DNA from: a bacterium
GTDB taxonomy: Bacteria; SAR324; NAC60-12
Direction: 5' to 3'
DNA length: 64,000 nucleotides
Assembly: GCA_965233585.1 (NCBI GenBank)
Contig: CBDDTI010000747.1
Span: 960,001-1,024,000 of the forward strand
Each line of letters starts with the position of its first letter. Position 1 is the first letter of the stretch. The notes below the pieces were generated by a model. That model did not search any database, had not been told where the DNA came from, and worked only from the letters and a program-made list of their open reading frames with translations. Shown piece after piece: positions 10,690-20,739 of the stretch. A program made the translations under genes and the position numbers.

Positions 10690-12927
10690 TCAATGACCCT
10701 CTTTTTCTTCTAAATGACTTTCAATTTGTTCAACAATAGACTCCAAACGTTTGTCCCATGTGTTGAGCTTGGCTAGAGCAATTCCATTTTGAACCTTTTG
10801 CTTGACTTCTTCATCACACTTGACAGCTTGTTGCAAGGCTTCTACGAACTCTTGTGGTGTTTTTGCGATGAAGGAAACATCACTATAATCTTCTAGGGCA
10901 GGTAATGCTGTGGTCACCACAGGCACTCCAGCGGCAAGGTATTCAAAGAATTTAAGAGGAAACATGTTTGTTGTGTAATCATTGAGAGGACAAGGCAGGA
11001 CGGCGACCTGAAATTCTTTGAGGTAAGCAGGGAGTTCCTCATAAGGCTTGACCCCAAGTAAGTGAACATTCAAGGCTTGATGCAAACCTTTGATTGACGC
11101 ATGAGGTTCTCCTTCTCCTACCATGCCCAACAGAACGATGCTCCATTCAGGATGCTTCTGTGCAACTTCTTGCACCAATGAAAAATCTACTTTGTAAGGA
11201 CTCAAGGCACCAATGAATCCAATTCTAGGGGCAGGAATGTTTTGTAAGTCGCTTGGCACTGGCAAGTCTGTTGTAGCAGTATGGAAGTGTTCAAAATCAC
11301 AAGGATTTGGTAGATAAATTGTTTGACGATTCCATTGCAGACGACTTTGCAGAAGTGTCTTTGTTGTCACTACAACAAGGTCTGAAGAACGACAAAAAGC
11401 AGGCTCTGCTTCTTGTAACACTTCAACGGGCATATTGGGTGACGCTTTTAGGTCATCAACGCAATGATACATCTGGAGCTTGGGTTTGAGTTCGTTAGCA
11501 AGTGTTTCAACTAAAGGGTTATACGACCAGAACACAATGTCATGAAAAGAGAGCTTTTGGCAAAAGTGCTGAATGAATCGGGTCAATATCCATTGGTTTA
11601 AAACTCTAATACATTGAAATTTATGCAAAGGAATAATTAAAGGAGACCAGACATACAGCCCCGGATAAACGGTACGTGTTCCCCAAAGGGAGAGTAGTAA
11701 CCTCTTGAAAATCCTTGATAAATCACGTTTAGAAGTCGTCATTTGTCGCAATCCTAGAGATTCCACATACAGCACTCGTCTGCCATTTTTAGCAAGACGG
11801 CAAGCAAGGTGTTGTTTATTTGTCCAAAAAGGGTAGTCCCAATCAGCAGTTGAAATCATCACAATATCATACGAGTGAGGACGTTGAGTCACTCCTACTT
11901 TTTTTAACCACTGTTCTTTGCAAAATTGGGGTGCTTTGCCATATTTGAAACGTCCTAAAATCCTATAAGTCAGCATGACCCAAGGCACCAAAGGTAAGAG
12001 AGGGAGTAGCAGCAAAAAGTCTTTGAGCATTTTGACACTTTTGAAACTGCGATAGGTGAAAGTGAAGGCAACGAACAGACACATCGTGCCTAAAAAAAGA
12101 GAGGCTGGGAGAACGAAAAGAGACGAAACCAGAGCAATAAAAAATGTGATTTGAGAGCATAGAAACACAAAACAAAGTCGTTGTTTCAGATGAGGAATGG
12201 AAAAATAAAACAGGCGGTGACAATCTAAATCATAGCGATAGCGATACGGGAAACGCCTTTTGAGCAAGGCATCATAATAATAACGTTTGGCAAGTTTGAG
12301 AGGTTTCCAATAGCTTGGAGCAAGAGGTGGGTGATAGACTAAGAGTTCAGGGGAAAAATGAATCGTATAGCCAGATTCCAAAATAGAAAATGCCAAATCT
12401 GAATCTTCACGGAAGGCTGCTCTGTAATCTGTGTTAAAGAGGCAAAACTCTTTACGAAGAATCAAATTACATGTAGGGTAGCGACCTCCGTTTAAATTTT
12501 CTGTCTGATGTGTAAAAGGTGTCCAATTCTCTCTTTCACTGACCTTTGTCCGACCTTCAAACCCTACAACACTTGGAAATTGATTGATTAATTCTGCCGC
12601 TTTTTGCAGCCAATTTGGGCAGGCGATGACGTCTGCATCTAAAAGTGCAATCCAGTCATATTTGGCATGAGATGCTCCTGTGTTTCTGGCTGCTGCAGGT
12701 CCTGAATTTGCAATACTCACAAAAGAAAAATCTATCCTCGTTGACTTTTGAAAGTCTGCAAGCATGGCTTTTGTCTCGTCTGTTGAGCCATCATCAACTA
12801 CAATCACCTCAAATTGAGACACAGCAAAGGTTTGTTTTTCCAACGAATCTAGGCAACGTTTTAACAAGTCTTTGCTGTTATAAGTTGGAATGATGACAGA
12901 CAGATCATTTTTTTGTTCGGTTTTCAT
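10690..12927 (-). CDS. Fused glycosyltransferase: GT2, transmembrane segment, GT4 (TuaH-like)
   Basis: SVIIPTYN and LDAD in the N-terminal half; YHCVDD and PLKFFEYLAAGVPVV in the C-terminal half. Confidence 0.85.
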   Translation of the reverse strand: MKTEQKNDLSVIIPTYNSKDLLKRCLDSLEKQTFAVSQFEVIVVDDGSTDETKAMLADFQKSTRIDFSFVSIANSGPAAARNTGASHAKYDWIALLDADVIACPNWLQKAAELINQFPSVVGFEGRTKVSERENWTPFTHQTENLNGGRYPTCNLILRKEFCLFNTDYRAAFREDSDLAFSILESGYTIHFSPELLVYHPPLAPSYWKPLKLAKRYYYDALLKRRFPYRYRYDLDCHRLFYFSIPHLKQRLCFVFLCSQITFFIALVSSLFVLPASLFLGTMCLFVAFTFTYRSFKSVKMLKDFLLLLPLLPLVPWVMLTYRILGRFKYGKAPQFCKEQWLKKVGVTQRPHSYDIVMISTADWDYPFWTNKQHLACRLAKNGRRVLYVESLGLRQMTTSKRDLSRIFKRLLLSLWGTRTVYPGLYVWSPLIIPLHKFQCIRVLNQWILTRFIQHFCQKLSFHDIVFWSYNPLVETLANELKPKLQMYHCVDDLKASPNMPVEVLQEAEPAFCRSSDLVVVTTKTLLQSRLQWNRQTIYLPNPCDFEHFHTATTDLPVPSDLQNIPAPRIGFIGALSPYKVDFSLVQEVAQKHPEWSIVLLGMVGEGEPHASIKGLHQALNVHLLGVKPYEELPAYLKEFQVAVLPCPLNDYTTNMFPLKFFEYLAAGVPVVTTALPALEDYSDVSFIAKTPQEFVEALQQAVKCDEEVKQKVQNGIALAKLNTWDKRLESIVEQIESHLEEKEGH

Positions 12928-13007
12928 AAAAGTTCAATCAGTAAAGTTCAATTAGTGATGTTGTGTCATTTAGGTTTCAGACAACGTTCAATCATTTTCA
13001 GAAGTCC

Positions 13008-14246
13008 ATGAGTTTCATCAAAAAATTACGTGAATCCCTCCCCTATTTAGAACAATTTGACAATCAAGTTTTTGTCATAAAAATCAGTGGAAAACAGGCA
13101 ACCAGTCCACACTCATGTTTAGAAGATTTACTGCTACTTAAACGCATTGGCATTCGCATTGTGTTAGTGCATGGCATTCATTCTACACTCCAAGACTACT
13201 TCCAAAGCATTAACTATGAAGTGGACTATGCAGAACATTGCATGCTCATTTCTAACATTTATTCTGAAGCCGTACAGCAACTGGTTGCGGTGCTGAATTG
13301 GAAGTTTCTCACGCAAATCGGCAGTTATCAAAGTCAAGTTTCTGCATATTCAGGGCATTTTGTCACAGCCAAGCCGTTATCTAAAGGGAATGATTGCAGC
13401 GGAAGAATTGACCAAATCACTTTCAACATTCACGACTTCAAAGGGTTGCCTGTCTTTTCGCCTTGTGGCATTGGTCCCAAAGGACGTTTTTTTATACTCA
13501 ATGCCAATGAATTAGCTCTCCAATTAGCCTGTCAACTCCGTGCCAAAAAGCTCATCATCATCACAGAAGAAGATGAACTTTTACATGTCATGCCTTCTCA
13601 AGAAACCCAAACTTCTCATCTTCAACGGAAAATTGACTCCAGCACACTTTCTCATTCATCAAAGAATCAGATGCAAACGTTGCTTCAAGCTAGTGAGAAA
13701 GGAGTAGAACGTTGCCATCTGCTTCATTCTTCACAAAACGGGGGAATCTTGCAAGAGGTTCTGACGTCTACTGGTGTTGGTATGATGGTGACAAATAGTG
13801 TCTATCGTCATATCCGCCCTGCTCAACTCAAAGATGTGAGGTACATTGAAGAGCTTCTTGAAAAACCAACTCAAGAAGGTTCAATCGTCAACAAAGGGCA
13901 AGCATACGTTGCCAAGCATATTCATCAATTCTTGGTGTTTTGTATTGACAGCGAGATGATTGGGTGCTGTGAAATTGTGCCTTTTGAAGAGGAAAATTGT
14001 GCTGAACTGGCTTCTTTGTCTGTCAGGCATCATTATCGGAATCAAGGAGTGGGACATTCACTGATTCAAGAAGGTTTGAGAAAGGGACGTGCTGGTCAGA
14101 TGAAGATGCTTTTTGCTTTGACACAAGGTGCTTCTGGTCTCTTTCTTAAAAATCATTTTCAACAAATCAGTAGTCGGCAATTACCAAAAGCCAAGCAACA
14201 AAATTATGATTCTGAATCTTCACAAATTTATGCGTATTTTTTCTAA
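13008..14246 (+). CDS. argA: Amino-acid (N-acetylglutamate) acetyltransferase
   Basis: AAK-like domain (ESLPYL, VLVHG) plus C-terminal GNAT (AELASLSV..YRNQGVG); start ATG 13008. Confidence 0.8.
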   Translation: MSFIKKLRESLPYLEQFDNQVFVIKISGKQATSPHSCLEDLLLLKRIGIRIVLVHGIHSTLQDYFQSINYEVDYAEHCMLISNIYSEAVQQLVAVLNWKFLTQIGSYQSQVSAYSGHFVTAKPLSKGNDCSGRIDQITFNIHDFKGLPVFSPCGIGPKGRFFILNANELALQLACQLRAKKLIIITEEDELLHVMPSQETQTSHLQRKIDSSTLSHSSKNQMQTLLQASEKGVERCHLLHSSQNGGILQEVLTSTGVGMMVTNSVYRHIRPAQLKDVRYIEELLEKPTQEGSIVNKGQAYVAKHIHQFLVFCIDSEMIGCCEIVPFEEENCAELASLSVRHHYRNQGVGHSLIQEGLRKGRAGQMKMLFALTQGASGLFLKNHFQQISSRQLPKAKQQNYDSESSQIYAYFF

Positions 14247-15541
14247 TCTTTTTGTGTTGCGAGGGCTTTCAAAGAGTGTTGAATCGCTTTTTTTGTGTGT
14301 TCAAGGTCTTCGTCAGTATGACTATTTGACATAAAACATGCCTCAAATGGAGAAGGGGGTAAATAGACGTGCTGTTTCAGCATTTCTTTAAAAAATGTTT
14401 GAAACAAGGCAATATGAGTTTGGGGAATGTCTTGATAGCACTGCACAGCAGTTTCAGAAAAGAAAAACCCGAACATGCCACCTGCAAAATGAGTTTGTAT
14501 TGGAATCTCGTGACGATTTGCCTCTGTTTGTAAGGTTTCTATAAGTTGTTGGCTCTTCATGTTAAGTTCTGCATGAAAGTCAACATTGTTGATGAGTTCT
14601 AACGTTTTGAAGCCTGCCGCAACCGCAATGGGATTGCCTGAAAGCGTTCCCGCCTGATAAACAGAACCCAGAGGTGCAAGATGACTCATAATGTCTTTTC
14701 TTCCACCATACGCACCGACAGGCAAGCCTCCACCAATCACTTTACCAAACATGGTTAAATCAGGTTGCACGTGGAAAAGCTCTTGCGCCCCACCACGAGC
14801 CACACGAAAGCCTGTCATCACTTCATCAAAAATCAACAAGGCTCCTTCTCTGTCACACAACGCACGAAGTCCGTTTAAAAACCCTGCAACAGGCGGAATC
14901 ATACCCATATTGCCCGCAATCGGCTCAACGATTACTGCCGCAATCTGATTGCTAAACTCATCAAACAAATCAGAAACGGCATCAAGATTGTTAAAAGGAG
15001 CCATTAATGTTGTTTGTGCTATGCTTTCAGGCACGCCCGCTGAGTCTGGAGTCCCTAAAGTTGCCGCACCAGAGCCTGCCTTGATTAGCAAATAATCTGC
15101 CCCCCCATGATAGCAACCTTCAAATTTGACGACCTTGTCACGCCCTGTGTAGCCTCTTGCCACACGGATTGCTCCCAATGCCGCTTCTGTCCCCGAATTG
15201 ACAAACCTTAACATTTCCACAGAAGGCATCATTTCACAAATCAACTCTGCGATTTCTACTTCTGCTTGGGTTGGCGCACCAAAGGAAAGTCCTTGCTCTA
15301 CTTTTGACTTGACTGCATCTAACACACGTTTATCGCTGTGTCCTAGAATCATTGGACCCCATGAGCCAACATAATCAATCCACTCATTGTCATCTACATC
15401 ATAAATTTTTGACCCTTTGGCATGATGGATAAAAATTGGGTTCATGCCAACAGATTTAAAAGAACGTACAGGACTATTGACGCCACCGGGAATCACTGTT
15501 TGTGCGCGGGTAAACAACCTTTGAGATGTTTGAAATTGCAT
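14243..15541 (-). CDS. hemL: Glutamate-1-semialdehyde 2,1-aminomutase
   Basis: IPGGVNSPVR, SWGPMILGH, FDEVMTGFR, GKVIGGGLP. Confidence 0.97.
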   Translation of the reverse strand: MQFQTSQRLFTRAQTVIPGGVNSPVRSFKSVGMNPIFIHHAKGSKIYDVDDNEWIDYVGSWGPMILGHSDKRVLDAVKSKVEQGLSFGAPTQAEVEIAELICEMMPSVEMLRFVNSGTEAALGAIRVARGYTGRDKVVKFEGCYHGGADYLLIKAGSGAATLGTPDSAGVPESIAQTTLMAPFNNLDAVSDLFDEFSNQIAAVIVEPIAGNMGMIPPVAGFLNGLRALCDREGALLIFDEVMTGFRVARGGAQELFHVQPDLTMFGKVIGGGLPVGAYGGRKDIMSHLAPLGSVYQAGTLSGNPIAVAAGFKTLELINNVDFHAELNMKSQQLIETLQTEANRHEIPIQTHFAGGMFGFFFSETAVQCYQDIPQTHIALFQTFFKEMLKQHVYLPPSPFEACFMSNSHTDEDLEHTKKAIQHSLKALATQKD

Positions 15542-15559
15542 TTTTGAATGTTTTTGAGG

Positions 15560-15997
15560 TTAGTAAAATTTAAGCCAAAATGCTCCTGACCCCCCAAGAT
15601 GACGAGGAGCATCTGTAAAATTAATGTGACGATGTTCAAGCCAATGTCTAACTTGTCTCCTAATCACGCCTTCTCCCGTAGGAGAGTGCGACCCCTTCCC
15701 AGTGATGATGAGTGCAAATTGAATTTGATCCAGATAGCAGGATTGGACAAATCGTTCCACCTGAGCTAAAGCCTCATGTACATACAACCCATGCAAATCA
15801 ATTCGTCTTTGAGGATAGGTTTTTTTGGAAGTCGGTTTTTGAGATTTATGTGCCTTGCTGGAAGTCAGTTTTTGAGGGTTGAGAGGTTCAGTATAGATGC
15901 TGTCTTTTTGCAGTTGATGGTCAGGAATCCGATTGAAGACGTCTTCCATGTCTTCATCACTGATTTCCTCTTCGCTGATTTCATCAAACTTGAACAT
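15560..15997 (-). CDS. Smr/MutS2 C-terminal domain protein
   Basis: IDLHG, IITGKG.HS, GGSGA motifs. Confidence 0.9.
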   Translation of the reverse strand: MFKFDEISEEEISDEDMEDVFNRIPDHQLQKDSIYTEPLNPQKLTSSKAHKSQKPTSKKTYPQRRIDLHGLYVHEALAQVERFVQSCYLDQIQFALIITGKGSHSPTGEGVIRRQVRHWLEHRHINFTDAPRHLGGSGAFWLKFY

Positions 15998-16020
15998 CTT
16001 GAAATGCTATCTTTTGAGTT

Positions 16021-17064
16021 TTAGCTGATGCGATGAATGGTCAGATAATCCACCAATTCGTCAAGTAAAGACTTGATGGGGTGTTGAGGTAATTGGTCTA
16101 AATGGACTTTGGCGATGTTGACCTGTTCTTCACAGTAGGCAATCGCTGTGTCAATCGCACCTGATGACTTGGCAGCGTCTAAACACCATTGAATCTCATC
16201 ATGTTCTACTTGTAAACGGCTTTTATTTAAGATTTGGTAGAGTTTTTTTGAGTCGTCTTCATTGAGCCTCTCCAAAAGTTCAATCATAATCAAGGTGCGT
16301 TTTCCTTCTGCAATGTCGCCTCCTCTTTCTTTGCCGTAAGGTTGTTTGTCATCGGCAATGGTTAAATTGAGAATGTCATCGCGTACTTGAAAGCCAATAC
16401 CTAAAGCCTCCCCAAATGCTTGAAGTGTTTGTAAATCTTCCTCTGATGCACCTGCAATCATACCCCCAAACAAAGCAGGTCCCTTGCCTGAATACCAACC
16501 TGTTTTGAGCTTAATCATCTCCTTGTACTTCTCTGCATTAGGAAAGATGCCATTGACAATCCAACCAATATCAAGGGCTTGTCCATTAAATGTCTGTTTG
16601 GCAACTTCGTTAAACAATTCTAAAAGTTGCAAAGTTTTTTGGGGTCCAAACCTTTCTGTGTTTTTTAGCAAGGCTTCATAAGCCAGACCATGCAAGGCGT
16701 CCCCTGCATTGATGGTGAGTGAAATGCCATATTGCAAATGGAGTGTCGGCTTGCCACGTCTGATTAATGATTCATCTTCAATGTCATCATGCACCAGTGC
16801 AAAGTTATGAAACAATTCGTATGCCACGCCAGAGTCCAGTGCATCTTCAAGACTCCCCCCAAATAACTCACAACACAGATAAAGCAGACCAGACCTGAAG
16901 AATTTACCCCCACGCATGGGGTATTCTCGCATCAACTCCACCAAGTAGGTTTCATTCATGTCAGTTGGCAGCATCTCAAGCAAATGCTTAAGAGTCCGTT
17001 GACGATTTTGGTCTAAGTAATCTTGTAAATTGGGGGCGTTCAAACTTGGGGGGGCTAAAGTCAT
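16021..17064 (-). CDS. Polyprenyl diphosphate synthase (short-chain GGPP/FPP type)
   Basis: GGK.FR, FALVHDDIED..RRG, FQVRDD; Phe five residues before the first Asp-rich motif. Confidence 0.9.
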   Translation of the reverse strand: MTLAPPSLNAPNLQDYLDQNRQRTLKHLLEMLPTDMNETYLVELMREYPMRGGKFFRSGLLYLCCELFGGSLEDALDSGVAYELFHNFALVHDDIEDESLIRRGKPTLHLQYGISLTINAGDALHGLAYEALLKNTERFGPQKTLQLLELFNEVAKQTFNGQALDIGWIVNGIFPNAEKYKEMIKLKTGWYSGKGPALFGGMIAGASEEDLQTLQAFGEALGIGFQVRDDILNLTIADDKQPYGKERGGDIAEGKRTLIMIELLERLNEDDSKKLYQILNKSRLQVEHDEIQWCLDAAKSSGAIDTAIAYCEEQVNIAKVHLDQLPQHPIKSLLDELVDYLTIHRIS

Positions 17065-17357
17065 TGGTCTGTCGTTTCAGGTTGAAAGCCAAAGGGTGTG
17101 AGTTCTTCGCACTGCTGTCCATAGCAACGTCCTTCGTGAGAGAATTTGTAGTAAATGGTGCTTTTCGGGGGTGGAGTCTTTCCCAACCCTTCTAAAAAAT
17201 CACAATCACCACATTTTTCCCAAAGAATATAGCGGTCAAAAGGAGTCGGGTGAGGGGGAGGCTCTTTGGAAGCACACCCCGAAAGAATAGCGAAAACAAT
17301 CAATAAATACCAGTATTTTATTGATAGTATGCGGTTGAAGATTTGGCAACCTCCCAT
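17061..17357 (-). CDS. Small putative lipoprotein with additional Cys residues
   Basis: Hydrophobic stretch plus LSGC lipobox; stop overlaps the next start; true start uncertain. Confidence 0.55.
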   Translation of the reverse strand: MGGCQIFNRILSIKYWYLLIVFAILSGCASKEPPPHPTPFDRYILWEKCGDCDFLEGLGKTPPPKSTIYYKFSHEGRCYGQQCEELTPFGFQPETTDQ

Positions 17358-17770
17358 ATTTTTTCAAGTTCTTTGTCAAGCAATGCTTGTTGTTTTGCCC
17401 ATTGAATGAGTTCATTGATGAACGGAATCTCAAAGCCTAGACGCAAGCCAATTTTTTTCAAAAATTGACCTTCTGAAGAAGCCAATTTCCCATCAGAGAC
17501 AGTGATACAAGTCAAATGACGCAACATAAAGAATGCAGGCTCACGGTCTAACTTCAAGATAGATAGCTCTGGCAGTGCCTTTTGTTTGACCATTGCTACT
17601 AACTTTTGGATTTCTTCGGGGTCATCAAGAAAGCTGATTGCCTCCTTGAGATACTTCAATTCAGAGTCGTCAACTTGTTTGTCAGCGCAGATGATTCCAG
17701 CGATTGCGTGAGAGAACCATTTTTTTGCTTCTGGTGAAATTGAGCTGACTTCAAAATCTGGTAATGCCAT
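17318..17770 (-). CDS. TerB-like (tellurite resistance family) protein
   Basis: Two AD/SDGx(L/V)xxxE motifs in a helical protein. Confidence 0.7.
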   Translation of the reverse strand: MALPDFEVSSISPEAKKWFSHAIAGIICADKQVDDSELKYLKEAISFLDDPEEIQKLVAMVKQKALPELSILKLDREPAFFMLRHLTCITVSDGKLASSEGQFLKKIGLRLGFEIPFINELIQWAKQQALLDKELEKIWEVAKSSTAYYQ

Positions 17771-17849
17771 ATGTATTCCTAAATAAAATGATAATAGAGA
17801 GAAGAATCAAAATATTTGATTCTTGAGTGAATAGATTCTTTTTCATGTT

Positions 17850-18725
17850 TTATGATTTGGATTTGAGCCAATTTGAAAACAAGCCTTTGGCGGCAGTATG
17901 AAAGTCATACTGACTGGAAAGTTTTTGGTAAATTTCTGAAGAAACATTTTGGAGCAAAGGAAGTTGTTTAAGCATGTCTTCCTGATGTAACAGTTTTAAA
18001 ATTTGGGTCACTTGCTTGGCTTTGGCATCGCGTCTGGCAATCAGCAGAGGGTATTGAACAAGAACGCTCCTTGATTTTTCAAGCTGTGTCTTGGCTGGAA
18101 ACATCTCTTGCAGGAGCCATGGAGCTTGTTTTTGATAAAACTCTAAAGTAGAGGTGTTCATTTTAATTTGCTTTAAATTTGGATAATTCTTGAATACGCC
18201 ACTTGGAGCATAAAACACCAGAATCTCCTTGGGATTTAGATTGTCCAGAGTCTTGAAAAGAGACGATGCCTTCAACGGTTTCCATGCGACCTGATTTGAC
18301 GCAGACTGCAAAAATCTGACCTTCGTTTGCAAAAAATCTGATGCGTTTTGATGAAAATAAACGATGCCATTAAAACTTTGCAAGGTTTGATTGGAATGTC
18401 CCAAAACATACAATCGGTTTTTCCACAATGGGCTGACTACTGACAACGTTGGATACTTTGAAAGCATCTCAAATGCCTCCTTTGCTCCAATGACGGCAAG
18501 TGTTCCTTGACCATTGACCAGCCTTTGCAATCTGCGGTGAGCCAAAGGCTCTACCTGACTCAAAAAAGCCACAGTATGCAGTGCATTCCAACGTTTGGCA
18601 AATTCATTTGCAAAGAAAAATGAGCCTGTCCCACTCTTGCCAACAAGTATTGTATCATGTTTTCTTTGAGCAAAAAGCAGAAAAGGTAAAATAATGAGAG
18701 TAAAAAACAGAATTAACTTTGGCAT
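17850..18725 (-). CDS. Secreted protein, weakly similar to TAXI-type solute-binding proteins
   Basis: Signal peptide MPKLILFF; G-rich N-terminal motif and YDFH near the C-terminus. Confidence 0.45.
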   Translation of the reverse strand: MPKLILFFTLIILPFLLFAQRKHDTILVGKSGTGSFFFANEFAKRWNALHTVAFLSQVEPLAHRRLQRLVNGQGTLAVIGAKEAFEMLSKYPTLSVVSPLWKNRLYVLGHSNQTLQSFNGIVYFHQNASDFLQTKVRFLQSASNQVAWKPLKASSLFKTLDNLNPKEILVFYAPSGVFKNYPNLKQIKMNTSTLEFYQKQAPWLLQEMFPAKTQLEKSRSVLVQYPLLIARRDAKAKQVTQILKLLHQEDMLKQLPLLQNVSSEIYQKLSSQYDFHTAAKGLFSNWLKSKS

Positions 18726-19522
18726 GCAGGACAATAAAAAGAACTTCGTTGTTGTTGGCGAATACAAATGAGGGGTATTTGACAAACTTGGCACGTCTGA
18801 CCTTTGCGTCCATAAACTTTTAAAAAATTTTGAAATTCCCCCGTCTTTTCATCAACTCCACGAAAGTCAGAGATAGAAGTGCCATTGCATTTGATGGCAT
18901 GATTTAAGATGTGCTGGATAGACTGAAAGAGTGAGTGGACTTCATTTTTCTGCAAACTCTTTGCCTGACGCAATGGAGAGATTTTGGCGTCAAACAAAAT
19001 CTCAGAAGCATAAATATTGCCAATCCCTGTCAGTTTGGTTTGGTCAAGTAACCATGTTTTGATAGGAGATGCACTGTTTTGAAGCAACTGCTTTAACTCT
19101 CTTTCTTTCACCTGCAAAGGTTCAATCCCTAATGGTTTTTGTTGTTCAAAATGTTCCATTGAGTCAAAAAGCTCTACTGTGCCAAGACATCGTTTGTCAT
19201 GAAAATTTAAAACTTGCTGATTCCCCAAAATGAATTGAATCCTTGTCCAAGAATCCAAAGCCTCTTGTTCGTGCAAAAGAACAAATTTGCCTGTCATTCG
19301 CAAATGGACTGCCATGACATTTTGAAGGGATAACTTAAACAGCAAATACTTAGCACGTCTTGAGACAGAGACAATGCTTGTGCCTTCTAACGCCTTGCAA
19401 AATTCATCAATCCCTAGCTTTCCAAGAGGTCTTTGACGAAGTACGTGGACTTGGTCAATCTTCTGACCGACCACACTTTGCAGACCATTTGCCACACTCT
19501 GGACTTCAGGTAATTCGGGCAT
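18713..19522 (-). CDS. mutM: Formamidopyrimidine-DNA glycosylase
   Basis: MPELPEV, RRAKYL, HLRMTG, GIGNIYASE, C-terminal Zn finger. Confidence 0.97.
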   Translation of the reverse strand: MPELPEVQSVANGLQSVVGQKIDQVHVLRQRPLGKLGIDEFCKALEGTSIVSVSRRAKYLLFKLSLQNVMAVHLRMTGKFVLLHEQEALDSWTRIQFILGNQQVLNFHDKRCLGTVELFDSMEHFEQQKPLGIEPLQVKERELKQLLQNSASPIKTWLLDQTKLTGIGNIYASEILFDAKISPLRQAKSLQKNEVHSLFQSIQHILNHAIKCNGTSISDFRGVDEKTGEFQNFLKVYGRKGQTCQVCQIPLICIRQQQRSSFYCPACQS

Positions 19523-19566
19523 GAGTTAGCTCATTTTCTAAAATAAGATGGATTGAACGTTTCATT

Positions 19567-20646
19567 TCATTGAGCTTTCAGTCTTTGTTTTGAATCTTGG
19601 TTTTGATAGTACTCATAGTCAAAATTTCTTCTTACAGGTTGAAAGCCTGCCGATTGCAGATATTGCATGGCTTCTTTTTCAGTTTTCAAGCCGTAAGACT
19701 TCAAGACGTTTTCTTCTAACACGACTGAACTGACATCATCAGCCCCCACACGCAAAGCCAACTTGCCAACATCTTTGCCAAGCACCATGACGCTTGTTTC
19801 AAGATGAGGGACATTGTCCAAATAAAGCCTGCACAACGCCAGCAGTTTCAAAAATTCATCTGTCCGTGGGGGCGTGGCTTTGAACCGCTTCGTCTGCTGT
19901 TGATACACCCAAGGAATGAACGACCAAAACCCTGCAGTTTTGTCTTGAATGCCACGAATGACTTCCAGATGTTCTATGACTTCTGCATCGGTTTCTCCTG
20001 CACCAACGACCATCGTTGCAGAGCCTTTGAGACCTACCTCGTGACAACGTTCAACAGCATGTACCCATTCTTGAGTGGTTGTTTTATGGGGACTCATTTT
20101 TTGACGCATACGTTCTACCAAAAGCTCGGCACCTGCCCCGGGTATAGAATCTAACCCTGCCTTTTTTAAAAGACTGACGACCTCCTCAAAAGGTTTTTGA
20201 CAAACTTCTGACAAAGACAGTAACTCAATGGCAGAAAATCCGCGAATATGCACATGAGGAAAGCGGCTTTTAAGCGATGTCAACAAGTCCAAATAATAAT
20301 CTAGTGGCAAATCAGGATTGACTCCTCCTTGTAAAAAAAGCTGGTCTGCATTGTTCTCTACACCATCTTGCATTTTGGCAAGGACTTCATTGGTGTTTAA
20401 GACATAAGCAGAACGTTGGTCAGGCGTGCGTTGAAAACTGCAGAATTTACAATCTACATTGCAAATATTGGTATAGTTGACAAGACGGAAGACAGTGTAA
20501 GAGGCAAACCGACTGCCATGCTTGATCTTCCGTAACTCCCAGCCTGCCTCGCAAACTTCAAACCAACTTAAATTCTGCAAAATCCACAATCCTTCTTCTG
20601 GCGTCAGACGATGCCCTTGTAGTGTGTTTTGTAGTAATGTGTCCAT
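19567..20646 (-). CDS. mqnC: CofH/MqnC-family radical SAM protein (probably dehypoxanthine futalosine cyclase)
   Basis: NYTNICNVDCKFCSF, QGG.NP, SIPGAGAE, LEENV. Confidence 0.75.
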   Translation of the reverse strand: MDTLLQNTLQGHRLTPEEGLWILQNLSWFEVCEAGWELRKIKHGSRFASYTVFRLVNYTNICNVDCKFCSFQRTPDQRSAYVLNTNEVLAKMQDGVENNADQLFLQGGVNPDLPLDYYLDLLTSLKSRFPHVHIRGFSAIELLSLSEVCQKPFEEVVSLLKKAGLDSIPGAGAELLVERMRQKMSPHKTTTQEWVHAVERCHEVGLKGSATMVVGAGETDAEVIEHLEVIRGIQDKTAGFWSFIPWVYQQQTKRFKATPPRTDEFLKLLALCRLYLDNVPHLETSVMVLGKDVGKLALRVGADDVSSVVLEENVLKSYGLKTEKEAMQYLQSAGFQPVRRNFDYEYYQNQDSKQRLKAQ

Positions 20647-20739
20647 CTCACCAGTTGCAATTTTGAGAGTGTTTCAGTCAGGTTTTTTAATTCTGTAAAT
20701 TGAGAAGATGAAAGGCTTGCAAGCGGGTTTCTTCCTTCA

